Positions 1 to 11,900 of a stretch of 64,000 bases of DNA are shown here, one piece after another. The notes beneath the pieces were generated by a model. It was not told the origin of the DNA. It was given only the letters and a program-made list of their open reading frames with translations, and made no database searches. The DNA is from Octopus vulgaris. Lineage: Eukaryota. A program made the translations under genes and the position numbers. Every line of letters begins with the position of its first letter. The stretch's first letter is position 1. The stretch is from positions 83,700,001-83,764,000 of the forward strand of contig OX597820.1 in assembly GCA_951406725.2 (NCBI GenBank), written 5' to 3'.

Positions 1-1229
1 AATTACTCAAATAATATTCCGAGTAGCCTGTGATGCTGTATTTCCAAGAAAGAACTCTTATTTCAAAACTGTAGGAATTTCCGACTTACCCATTCTCTAA
101 ACAAAATAGCAAAAAAAAAAAAAAGGATTTATAAATACCTTATGAAGTGCAAAATGAGTTCGAATAAAGAAATAGATGTGTAAGCTTTGTAACAAAAAGT
201 AAAGATTGTCAAAATATAATAATGGCGCAAATTGAGCAGCCGTCAAATTTTACCATATGCCTAATTACATCCTTGACGACCTAATATATTTGACAATAAC
301 ATAGACGCGCAGGATTCACTGCACAGAGTAAAATTTTATGTTTTGTGAGACTATCTTTCATATAGAAATATGACAAACAGCAGAATGCAAATACACTGTA
401 GGCGTAGGCTCTGCTCATTTTTATTGAACGACTAACTGCAAATTGCAGGCCATGTGAGAAAATCTACTCAACTTTACCTGTAAAACGAGTAGTATAGCAG
501 GGCGGTAAATTTCATTAGTGAGAGAGGACGTGAATGAAGCTCAGGTATGGAATACGAGATGTGCTATATTACGTATCACACGCGACTTAGTTGGCAATGT
601 CCTAGGAACAACAACCACTGAAACCACAGGTAATTGTGTAAATGTGTGATATGGAGAGTTAGTTGTACCCATTTGTTGTGAATTATTTTGAGCCTTCGAG
701 ATATAAAAGATAAATATATGTGTTATCTGATTAAATAAAAGCACTCAAACAAAAACATGCGCAGTTTACAGCCGTGAAAATCTAAGATAACAGCCAGGGG
801 GCACGATACATGGTGAGTAAACAGCAGTATGACTATGAAGATATTTCTCACGTGCTCAGAAAAACTGCAAACAAGTATGACTTTTGATAATACCACATGG
901 ATGCGAAGCTGCAATAAACAGGCCGGATATCATTGATAATTTCCCATTACACCTTTTTTGAACATGTGTTTTGTGGATTAAACACCTGATGCATGTGAGT
1001 CAAGTTTTTGATGAAACGAGAAATTTTGGATGAGAATTAATATATAAGAAAGAGGACATTATTTTTTCGAGTGTTATTAAAGTGGTACTACACGGTGGAC
1101 TTGAGCTAGGGGACAGGGCGAACATTTGAGTATCTAACTTCAGCATTCTGGAAACGGCATGTATCTAAATGTGTAGTCACCTGTGCGTTGTAGAGTGTCC
1201 GAGTATATATATGTTAAAATGAATGTGTT

Positions 1230-3480
1230 TACTCGTTTGAAGAAAAAAGACAATAGTGTGGAAAACCAAAGGAAAGTATGCTAAAAGAAATACATGCAAA
1301 GTGGTCAAACAAAAGAGCAGGACATATATAGAAAGCAATTTCTACTGATTGTCCGATTTTTACACAGCCTAAATACATTGTCCGTTCCCGATCGGAAACG
1401 GAAGTTGTGGCGTGTTTATGGGATATATTATATGTAATTTTCAGAGTAGAATGAAGTGGGAGAAAATTGGTTTTGCATCTAGACATAAAATACCTATTGT
1501 GGATATTATTCATAAATGCCTCTTTCTATCACACTTGAATGATAGCAAATACATGAATAGGTTCTAAAAGTAAGCTGTGTATATGCTGTATACATACAAT
1601 ATTTACAAACGTTAAGAAAAAAATGGACATGGACATTCAATGATTAATACGAGCATGTATATTTAGTAGCATACGCGAGACTTGATCGTGACAAAGGTTG
1701 TTAATCTCTGGTGTTTGCAGTATTTAATGCTGGTGTGATGTTAGTGAGTTAATGGGTCAGAGCAGATGCGTATACCTGAAAACTGGCCATTTAATTCTCT
1801 GCAACATTTGTGCTGTAGCGACTATTGTAATAATTGAGGCCTTCGGATCTTGGAGAAAAAACAAGAGAAGAAAACTTTGGTGAGATTGTATTTTTCTCGA
1901 AACGTAGATAGCGAATACTAAAGGTAACTTTTTTTGTATGTATTTTTAAGTTAAACGGATTAATAGAAATATATGTCATTAAAGAATGCGCCAACATTTT
2001 CCGAATGTTTTGATGTTGCTCAAATAAACAACTGCTTATACAAGTAAAATACGGCTGTCTGATTATTTTGTAGGATCATTGTATACACAGAGTAAGGCCA
2101 CGAATATTTAGTAGGCATGGAATATGTTATATGCTATAATGATAGAAATGATGACAGAAGCTTTAATGGAAAATTCATTAACGACATAGAAGATAGTAGT
2201 AATATTAATAGTACGTCTTCTGAAATCGATTATGAATGGCGTCTTGGAATGACAAATAATGCAAATAGTAGAAATAATCATAATAATGATGTTGGTGATG
2301 ATATTAGTGTTTATAATGATTATCAGGGTGGTAATAATAGTGTTAATTGTAGTGATAATGGTAATAAAAATATTAGTAAAATTAAAAATAGAAATAAGAA
2401 TGATGTTGATAGTAAGAATAACAATAGAATAAATATACCGGAAAATAGTACGAACGATGGTCAAAATGATATGGTGGATCGTAGTAATGGGAGGGGGCAT
2501 GGTTTCGGAGTGATTAGTAATACGAGACTCTGTAGCAGTTTGAAGAAATGTAATTGTAGGGACCAATCAGTATGTCCGATTAGCGGAAATTGTCGTCAGC
2601 AAAATGTAGTGTTGAGGCTCAAGGAGGCCAGAGAAAAATATATATTGGAAGCACAGTAGACTTTAAGCAGAGGTACCGATCCCACCTGAACTCTTTCAAC
2701 AATCCTAAATATAGGACCTCTACAACTTTGGCATTACATGTTAATGACCTTAAGGAAAGGAATGTTGAATTTAAAATATTATGGACTATCTTTGCGCATA
2801 CCTCCCCTGGTAGAATTGGGTCGACTAGATGCGGTTTATGCATAAGAGAAGCATATACTATATTGAAAAATTACAACAACGCAGTGTTAAATAAGTTCAC
2901 TGATGCAATACCAGCGTGTGCGCATAGGATCCACTCGACGTTCCATAAGACATTTAGAAATAGAAAGAGCAATAAAAGTTAGAGCTAAGCATAAGCAATA
3001 AAAATTTGAATTAAATTTAGTAAGCATAGTAAGTAGTAAATGAAATAAAACTAAAGTAATGTAATTATTAAAATAAAAAACTGTTAAAAGAAATATAGCT
3101 ATTAGTATAAAATGCGTCATGGGTTGAACCCGAATATGTGGATTTGCATGTATGTGGGGATTTAAAAGATTGAAATAAGATAAAATAAAATAAAATAAGT
3201 GCATAAGTGAAATGGTGCAGATAGCGCTGCGTGCATACCACTTACAATGGCTGCTGATTCGAATTATATGCGTAAAAAGTAGCATTCAGGATAGGAGAAA
3301 AGTTTCTGGGAGTAACTAACGTCTCGGTTCTCAATATGGCCAGTATGTGATTGTGTATTTGTTTACGTTTACTATGTGTTGTATGTATAGGACATGCTGA
3401 TAAGAGGAGTGCCAATTTTAAGTATATGATATGTCCAATAATATTAATTGGCGCGTCTCCGAAACGGCCCGTAGATGGAC
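1230..3480 (+). mobile_element. Degraded Penelope-like retroelement (RT/thumb remnants, Asn-rich linker, Cys-rich linker, GIY-YIG endonuclease, 3' hammerhead-like motif)
   Basis: ORF 2117-2659 ends in CNCRDQSVCPISGNCRQQNVV and continues after a frameshift near 2611 into ORF 2590-2982 (KIYIGSTVDFKQRYRSHLNSF...TTLALHV...ILWTI...CGLCIREAYTI...LNK...CAH), the typical PLE GIY-YIG domain. Upstream remnants QHFP (~1992) and VKYGCL (~2044) resemble the PLE thumb. TEVVACLWDI...LHLDIK (~1400-1490) is a weak match to RT motifs. The left boundary is uncertain and may extend toward position 1. Confidence 0.8.
3393..3477 (+). ncRNA. Degenerate type I hammerhead ribozyme motif in Penelope 3' region
   Basis: catg-CTGATAA-[gaggagtgccaatt...aattggcgcgtctcc]-GAAAC-ggccc-GTA-gatg. 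Long stem II is present. The core differs from CTGATGA at one position and stem I has a mismatch. Confidence 0.6.
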
Positions 3481-3839
3481 TTCTGTGTATCTTTGTAAAC
3501 TTATATTTTTGTAAACCTGTATAATTATTATCTTCTATGTACATTTCGCTAGAATGTTAATCCATCTTTTAATAGGCCTTGTATGCTTTATTTTTATTTA
3601 TTATTATTATATTTATTTCTCTTATTGTAACAAATTTATACTAAATGTTTTAAGCGTAAATTCAAGGTGTTATATACAAAATTTATATTTTTATATAACA
3701 TATTTATATATTACAAAATGTTTAAATGTCGGGCTTTATAGATATGAATGAGTATATGAAGATCTGTATGTGTTTGGTCATTCTGTGGATTTTCTGATGT
3801 TCCTGTGGTTGTTGCTCGCATTGCCTCCCCTCAAATAAA

Positions 3840-3844
<5 letters not shown>

Positions 3845-3883
<39 letters not shown>
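3845..3883. repeat. (TA)n microsatellite
   Basis: Direct observation. Representative of dozens of (TA)n/(CA)n/(GA)n tracts across the window that are not all listed. Confidence 0.95.
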
Positions 3884-3887
<4 letters not shown>

Positions 3888-4029
3888 GGATATGTATACA
3901 TACGCAGACAAACACGTGTGTATGTATACTACTTGAATAAATATTATCTTGCATTCAGATTATCTGTTTCGTCCATGGGTTCTTAAAAGGTACGTTCCTA
4001 TTTTACTTGACCCTATATATTTTCCATGA

Positions 4030-4710
4030 CCCACGCTCTCATCTAACGCCCATTTTGCTAGTATAGAATTGGAATCATTAGTTATTTACACCAACTTCTT
4101 TAACCTCCCAGTCTCTTTACAAACTAATTCAATGAAACCCCTAATCTCCTTGATTTTGTCGCACCATAGAAACCTAAAATTTACGATCGCTGCACCATTG
4201 CAACTACATGGCACTCAATCACATACTACTGAACACCTACTTACCGCTCCAGCATTTGGTACTTCAAATTAGGCTATTGGTCAAATCTCTGTTAGCTTTA
4301 TGCCGTTTCTTCCTCGCAGAGAACTCGTTTTACTCTTGAGCTATATGATACATCTAGCTGGGTACTTGCACTGCAGCTGCTCTGTAGAAACACGGACTCT
4401 TCAACATCTAAAGATTTTTACCTACTCACCAAATCTGTGTTGCTTTCATCAATTATTCCCTCTCTTCTCCATTATGATGAACCCATACGAAATACTCACT
4501 TATAAGAAAGTTTGCAGCTTCACTGCTTTATCTGCATCCAACTTGAAAATACACAAACCTGGATGACTTATTTCAAATCCATCGTATTCTCTACATGCGA
4601 CTCACTACCCCAAATTAAACACACACACCAAGTGAAATAAAGCCATCAGTTGCTTCAAGCAAATGTGGCCATGAGCTCTGCCAACTGTTCCATTACTCTG
4701 AAATATTGTT
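4030..4710 (+). mobile_element. Possible highly decayed CR1/L2-group LINE 3' fragment
   Basis: C-rich composition and AIGQISVSFMPFLPRRELVLLLSY, which loosely resembles the post-RT 'AIRLI...L.PL..RR.V..L..FY' motif. No intact motif. Confidence 0.35.
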
Positions 4711-5236
4711 TATAATAATTTCCTCCAAAGTGTGCCAATTTTCAGTGAATTGTAATCTGGCTAAGACAATTGTCGAAAGAACGAATAAACGAAAGAACGA
4801 ACAGGCCAACGAACGGAAGAACGGACACAACATATGAAAGATAGTGAGTAATTCCGTCTTGTTGAAGAGACGACAAGCTGTTAAATCATTTCGACAGAAC
4901 ATAAACGATCATTGAAATCATTCATGCATAAAGTGAGTCCTGTAAGTAGAAGCCAGACACGTAATGCGAGATTGAGACACATAATTGTAACAACACGAAA
5001 TATTACTGATTATATCAAAAAACTAATTACGTAGTATCATTAATAAGTGGGAGAGTGAATGAAATCTGATACTGCTCTATTTTTATCTATAATGACACTG
5101 AGAAGATGGTTACGGGTGTGTTCTTTGATTCGTTTTGCTATAGAGAGCTCTGCTTCAATACATTTAAATGAAAGCATGCATGTCGTATACACATATATAT
5201 GCATATGAGCAGAAATACGTATGTGCACATATACAA

Positions 5237-5286
<50 letters not shown>

Positions 5287-5313
5287 ATGTATATATAAAT
5301 ATATATATATAAG

Positions 5314-5352
<39 letters not shown>

Positions 5353-5354
<2 letters not shown>

Positions 5355-5478
5355 CGCAAGAAAGTCTGTGGGTTCAGTTCCACTGCGTGAAACTTTGGGA
5401 TAGTGTCTGCTGTAGCCTCGGACTGACCAAAGCCATGTGAGTGGATTTGGTAGCCGGAATGTGAAAGAAGTCTGTCGT
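5353..5478 (+). mobile_element. Octopus OK-type SINE, 5' part with internal deletion
   Basis: ggttcagttccactgcgtg...tagcctcgg...gtgagtggatttggtag...gaaagaag matches the reverse complement of the fuller copy at 58881-59275. Confidence 0.85.
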
Positions 5479-5559
5479 ATATATATATGTGTGTCTGTGT
5501 GTGTATGTATGCTTATATGTACGCATGTATATATGTGTATGTATATATTTATGTATGTC

Positions 5560-6040
5560 TGGAAGACGATAGGAATCCAGTGCATAAACGTAGAATGAGG
5601 TTCAAGCATTGTCAAAATTTCTCTGACAGAAACAGGCATTTCAGTTGTTGATTGGAAGAGAGAGTCACAAGACCGAGACAGATAGAGGTAAAGATAGCAC
5701 AGTCGTTGTTCGCGCTGTGAGGGAGAGAAAATGAAATACGAGAAGATTAAGATATGGCTTGGAAGTAATGAACCTAGGGGAGAATCGAGGAGTATTGCTT
5801 CTTGCTTGTGTGGTTCGTGGGAGGAGGTGCTTGAGTCGTGCGGGCTGGTCAACCATCAGAAAACTCATACGAATCGACACATGGTAAAGTGTGCTATGGC
5901 TATTCTTCACAACAGAACATGTGCAACATCGGTTCTAACTGTAGCAACAGCTTCTTCTGCCATCCAGCACAGCGGTGGGTTGTATAATAAAATTTGCAAA
6001 ACTTACGCCGGGCTCAAGAGACATACATGGTCAGCATTGA
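5560..6040 (+). mobile_element. RTE-clade LINE ORF2 C-terminal fragment
   Basis: [18 protein letters not shown] resembles the RTE 'W...A.DR..W' tail. It is followed by two decayed C2H2-like motifs ([10 protein letters not shown]; KICKTYAGLKRH) in ORF 5731-6135. Confidence 0.6.
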
Positions 6041-6239
6041 CTCATTTCAAGGATCTTCTCTTGCAATGGTTTTCGACGTTTTTTTTTTTTATTACCTGTA
6101 CCTATATATGCATGTATATATACATATATATGTAGGTATGTACCTATATGTATGGATATATGCATTAATTGATATATCATTTATATAATTATATGATCGA
6201 ACGGCACGCATCCATGTAAGTTTTTATCTTTATAATTCC

Positions 6240-6855
6240 GATGTGCACTCTATCCCTCTCTATTCTTTTTTTATGTATCTCTCTTTTGTTCTTCTTCCTT
6301 TTTGTTTTTCCGCTCCCACCCTTCCCCTATTCTTCTGTTCTTCTCTTCCCCGTTCCCTCCCTCACTCTTTCTCATTGACTCTCTCGTTGGTCATACGCGA
6401 CCAACGGCTATCGATCTTTCTTTCATCCACTTCCTTCCTAAAGACAAAGACGTGCTTTTACCTGTGTCTTCTCAAAGCTCATTTTCCCAGCGTCCAACAC
6501 TTCACATCGTCTTAGCTTAACAGCCATCACCGTTTGTGTCTATTGTTTTGTTCTTACTGTCCTGTTTGTTTTTTGTTACTACTTGTTACTACTGTCTTAT
6601 TTTTTGTTAACTTCTTCAAAAAACCTAAATTTTCCTTGGTTTGCTTTGCGGGAAGGATTATTTTAACGACGTCGCGTCTTGTCCCTACCTTCGAAACGTG
6701 GAGTAGATAAAACAGGGGACAACAGAAGAAGGGAATGTTCTTCGTTAACTATCTCAATTCTCTGTTTCTTTCGTTATTGGAAAAAAAAGTTCGGTTTCTG
6801 TATTTGTTTTTGATGTTCTCGTTTCTCATTTCGTTGACGTTTTTCAATGCCCTCT
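6240..6855 (+). repeat. ~600-bp dispersed repeat, copy 1 (possibly Penelope pLTR-derived)
   Basis: Collinear similarity with the reverse complement of 56120-56695 (e.g. gactctctcgt, gtcttrgcttaacag, tttgctttgcgggaagga, tcttgtcc, aacagggg). Confidence 0.8.
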
Positions 6856-6925
6856 ATACATATATACTTGTATATATACAGATGTATGTAGCTATGTACA
6901 TACATGTACGTATATATGAATATAC

Positions 6926-6958
<33 letters not shown>

Positions 6959-7027
6959 TATGCCTATACATATACAAACACACCCACACACACACATACA
7001 GACATACATATAAATTAATAATCTACA

Positions 7028-7068
<41 letters not shown>

Positions 7069-7165
7069 GCGTGTCTGTCTCTGTCTATCTCTCGTTCTCT
7101 ATCTCTCATTCTCTATCTCTCATTCTCTATCTCTCATTCTCTATCTCTCGTTGTCTCTCTCTCTC

Positions 7166-7236
<71 letters not shown>

Positions 7237-9124
7237 GTGTGGGAGAGTGAAGTAAGAAATATGAGAGTTAATGATAGATACATGTAACTTCAGTAATTAA
7301 CATATTGTCGGAGCGTCAGTTTACCACTCATGCATATTACATGTGTTGAAAGCAATCTTCTGGTGCACTAGCAGGTTTTTTGGAAGATGAAAGTCGATTA
7401 ACAATGAATTATTTAATGTCAGTTTCACTATACGTGAGTTTCATTATTAGCTTATGCACTTTATCTCGTATTGTCATCAATCACTGTTTGAGAATACTGA
7501 AAACTGTTCTCTCAACTATGTTTTTGAGTTCATTCCACTAAACAAATCGTTAAATGTAGTTAAAAGAGCGAACAACTAGAATACATTTCATGTGTCTTGC
7601 TAGGTCATTCAGAGCAATTACAAGTTTTCACTGAATCCTCTATGTCATTAATACTATATGATATATGTTCTTACATTCCATACAAATCTGTGTACTGTTT
7701 CATTATATTCTCACATGAGATGATAAAGGAAGCGTGATTACTGTCCGTAAGGATACAAGCCTCTATTGCATTATTGACATTTTTATGTACCAGTGGCTAA
7801 TAAACTGAAATGCCCATAGCGCAATACAATTATACCTAAAGAGATACTATGATCATCAGTGTAAGCTGTGAGAGCATTGAAGGAGATTAACGAGAACTTG
7901 CTCGTATTTCTGCACTGAACAAAAACGCATACCATGAAATATATCGATTTTGAACTAAATCTATCCATCAATAAAAATACAATTGACGGGAAATATTCCT
8001 TTTGCACTCCGCTAGGTGCAAATGGACGCAGTGTTCGCATTTAGTTAGAAAAGAAGGAAGACAATCAAGAACAATACGAACGGTTTTGTGAATTCTGTAT
8101 TGAATAACGCAGTAAGAAATCAGTTGCAACAATACTGTAGGCTGTTATGCATTTCTCTCCACATTCTTAAGAGCAGAAACATATCCATTAAATCGTAAAC
8201 ATATCAATGTCTTTTCAGAAATGAGAGATTAGATACTTAAAATTATACAAGCTTTCCACAAAAAGAGAGCAGATTTTCATGTCTGGAATAATTAGGGCTA
8301 AACAATGAGAACAAAAGCAGTAATAGTAAGATACCTTAGGAAAACAAAATCGTTAGCAGCATTAATCAGAAGTGTAGACTGCTGCAATACTATTAGAAAA
8401 CAAAAACAGTGAAATATATAAATACGTAAACACGTAAAGATGCGCGCACAGCAACTTCAGTTGCTCGATATTCTGACACATGAATAAATGATAAATGTCT
8501 AGAGCAATGCCTGGAAACCGAAAACATTAATCTATCTATAAGGCCTCATATTAAAAACGGCAAAAATAAAACTAAACAAAAAAAGATTTATTACGAGTTG
8601 CAGAATATTAGCGTTTGCAGAATAAAATATCTATAGCCTGACTTTTCTGCAAACAGCGTTAGAGGGAAGCAACTCCTTTCTGAAATGGCCATACTATGAA
8701 GGAAAACGTGAATAACATTAATGTTCTTTCAAAGAAGTTAGACACCTGCTGCATTTACTTTAACAGTAAAAATAAAAGCATTTGCCTTAAAATTTACTAA
8801 AAACAAAGATTGAGAATTAGTAAAATTTTGCTGTTCGTTTGTGATCCCTCGGAATTTGCCGAGGAAATATATTCATATATCAATCCAGTTCCTCCTTTCT
8901 TAATAATCATTCTAGGTTTTACGAATACACCAAAAAATGTTCTTACAAAATAAAAACAATCTAGGATTTCCGTGGAAAGTTTGGATGCAAATATATCCAA
9001 GCTAAGAGCATCAAAACAATAACAATATTTCAAAATTGTTATGGAACTACCTTTTAAGAAGTGCATATATCTACTTAATATGTCAATGCATTTAACACTG
9101 ATAGCTGTGTATACATGTATTGTA

Positions 9125-9268
<144 letters not shown>

Positions 9269-9979
9269 TAGGTAGTATATATATGTAGAATGAGGGAGGC
9301 TCTTAAATTGCTACCATGTTTGTTGATCGACAACGAGGTTTATTTGTCGGTATTTTCTCTTCACTTCTCTAAACTATTAGTCAAGTGCTGCATTGGCATG
9401 AAGTATTACAAAGATATTATCACATCTATTATAGACGTGGGATCGCACGTTCCTATCTCTGAGCTAAAGTTTTACGTTATCTATAAACGATTTTTGCTTA
9501 TAACGATTAAAGATCATATGCATAGAAATTACCGGATGCTTAGATATTTATTCCTAAACAGAAGAACCACGACACTTGAGAGTGTCGTATTACATTAGCT
9601 AATAAATAAATAAATAAAATATGTTAAGCCAAGAAACCAAAATTCTAATTATTGAAACATAAGAATTAAATGAATTACATCGAAAGTATATTGTTTATAT
9701 AGTTGATTGCTGCGACACAACTTAGCAAATGGTTAATTTTACCACAATTAAATGTGAGAGGTACGTCAACATAATTTCTCCTGTTTACCTATATATAATA
9801 CGCACACTCGCACACACACACACACACGCACACACACACACACACGCACACACACACACACACACACACATTCATACCTTGACTTAATATAAATTTGGGT
9901 AATGTTTCTCTGTCCGTTATGGTTTTATGTTCGTCAATACCTCCTAGACCCTTGGTACAAAGACAACGAATCTCAAACC

Positions 9980-10385
9980 AGCACCTCCCCTAATTCCATG
10001 GAATGACCTAAAGAGGTTTATTTTTTAATTGCCGCCTAAATGGAGCCCTATCACCCCGATATCTTTACCACATTTTAAACTAAATACATGACACTGGCGA
10101 CCAAATCAAAGATATGACAATGAATTTCATACGATGTACTCCCAGAGAGTATCGAAAGAAGTTTTAGTTTCAGAAGGGCCGCTTCCGAAAGGGCCACTGA
10201 CCCTACTATTTTTTCCGCATTTACCTCGCCCCTACGCTTATTGATTACACTATGATCAGCATCAGTCCTTAGCACATTTTCCGAAATACGTTTCAGAGCA
10301 CTAGGGTAGAGCCGAACGCCTCAAAGTTGCCCTCCACAGGAGCGAGGACGAATACCGACTTGAGGGCGGGTCCAAGGCTAGAATA
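9980..10385 (-). mobile_element. Decayed L1/Tx1-like RT fragment
   Basis: Minus-strand TDADHSVI...GEVNAEKIVG resembles YADDV...GAKINxEKSVG of Tx1 RTs. Downstream RGDRAPFRR resembles the post-RT 'WxG...V.R' motif. Confidence 0.45.
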
Positions 10386-10401
10386 TTATATTTTGCATTA
10401 T

Positions 10402-10636
10402 ACTTTCTACTTGTTTCGGTCATTAAACTGCGATTATACTGGGGCACCAGATTGACGAATTTTAGTCGAAGAAATCAACCCCACTTCTATATTTTGTAAA
10501 ATCTGGTACTTAATATATCGGTCCCCTATGCGAGTAAGTTACGGGAAAGAACACATACTCAACGACATACACACACACACACTCAGTCACTCACTGACAC
10601 ATTTACACACTTGCGTAAACACACACACACACGCTC

Positions 10637-10668
<32 letters not shown>

Positions 10669-10798
10669 TCACTACATTCACATGACTTTGGTCGACCCGT
10701 GGATATAGTAGAAGATACTTGCCTAAGGTGCTGCATAGTGAGACTGAATCTGAAACAATGTGGTTGGGAAGCAAAATTCTTAGCAGAGATCCACGCCT
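10402..10798 (-). mobile_element. OK-type SINE, diverged
   Basis: tacttgtttcggtcatt...atagtagaagatacttgcctaaggtgctgcatagtgagactgaa aligns by eye with the 58881-59275 copy and has the internal (CA)n. Confidence 0.8.
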
Positions 10799-11420
10799 TT
10801 CTGCTGACAGTAACGTAAATTTAGGATAACTGGTTTCTTTTTCCGCTGACAGGTCGTCCAAAGTAATCATAGTTGTAGAGAAGCACTTTCTCTATACAAA
10901 AGAACTACTTATCACAACCTCTATCAAAGGCTGCGCATTTGTACCATTGTTGAATTTAAATCTTAAAGCAGCTTTGAAAAAAATCAGGTTTGCATTAAAT
11001 AATAGGAAATTGTTTACAATAGAGGTAGTGTTACTTTGAAATTTCATCGATACATTATTTAAGACAAAAAAATTACGCCCACTTTTTTCATTCGATCTCA
11101 CTATTATCATCATATTCCTCCTCCTCACCATCAAAGTCATCATCACTACGTATATGTGGGTGAGTGTGTGTGAATGTGTATGTACTTGTGCGTGTACGTG
11201 CATGCATGCATGTGTGTGCATAAATTATAGTCATAAATATAGCAAACCCTTTTATGTTTTTGTCATTCAAAATTGATACAAAGGAAATTAGGAATGTGTT
11301 GGGTGCAGTGAGGTAGCCCCCTCCCCCATTAAATACACATAAAACGTAGCCCCTTCAACACGCGCCTTTATATATATATATATATATATATATACATGAT
11401 TGCATGTATGCATATGTGTG

Positions 11421-11560
11421 CCACATGTTTCAGTATCAGTTAATGGCATCTCGGACACGTATTTTTTACTGTACACTTGGACTGGCCAAGCCCATGTGAG
11501 TGGATTCGGTGAACAGAAAGTGTGTATATATATATATATATATATATGCGTGTGTGTGTG

Positions 11561-11596
<36 letters not shown>

Positions 11597-11900
11597 CAGA
11601 GAGGACAGAGAGAGTCAGAGAGATAAAGATCGAGAGAGAGAAATATGTACGTATGTATGCGTTGCGTGTGTGTGTGTACTTGTGTATATGTATTGACGTG
11701 TGACTTTTGCACATTGTCGCTGGACGACCGGTTTTGATATGTTTACATCTGCGTAATATAGCGGTTCGGTGACAGAAAACGAAAGACAAAGTGACAGCCT
11801 TAATATAAGTGATATATAGAAGTACGATTCGTACAAACTGATATTCTTGAAGTCGGTGCCCCAGCATGGCCACTGTTCGATGACTAAAACTGCTAAAAAT
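11421..11900 (+). mobile_element. OK-type SINE, diverged
   Basis: gtgagtggattcggtg...(TA/TG)n...tagcggttcggtgacaga...cggtgccccagcatggccac...atgactaaaac. Confidence 0.75.

Noticed and set aside
1870-1915. Hammerhead-like TTGGTGA...GAAAC upstream of the GIY-YIG ORF
   Set aside because: Two core mismatches, weak stems and a poor cleavage triplet. Not distinguishable from chance.
5040-5852. Longest ORF in the track (270 aa) and the many other [18 protein letters not shown] ORFs
   Set aside because: Open only because (TA)n/(CA)n tracts lack stops. They span SINE and LINE fragments and are not genes.
7783-8620. Hydrophobic minus-strand frames suggesting a membrane-protein exon
   Set aside because: Frequent stops and no recognisable motif. 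Hydrophobicity is explained by T-richness.
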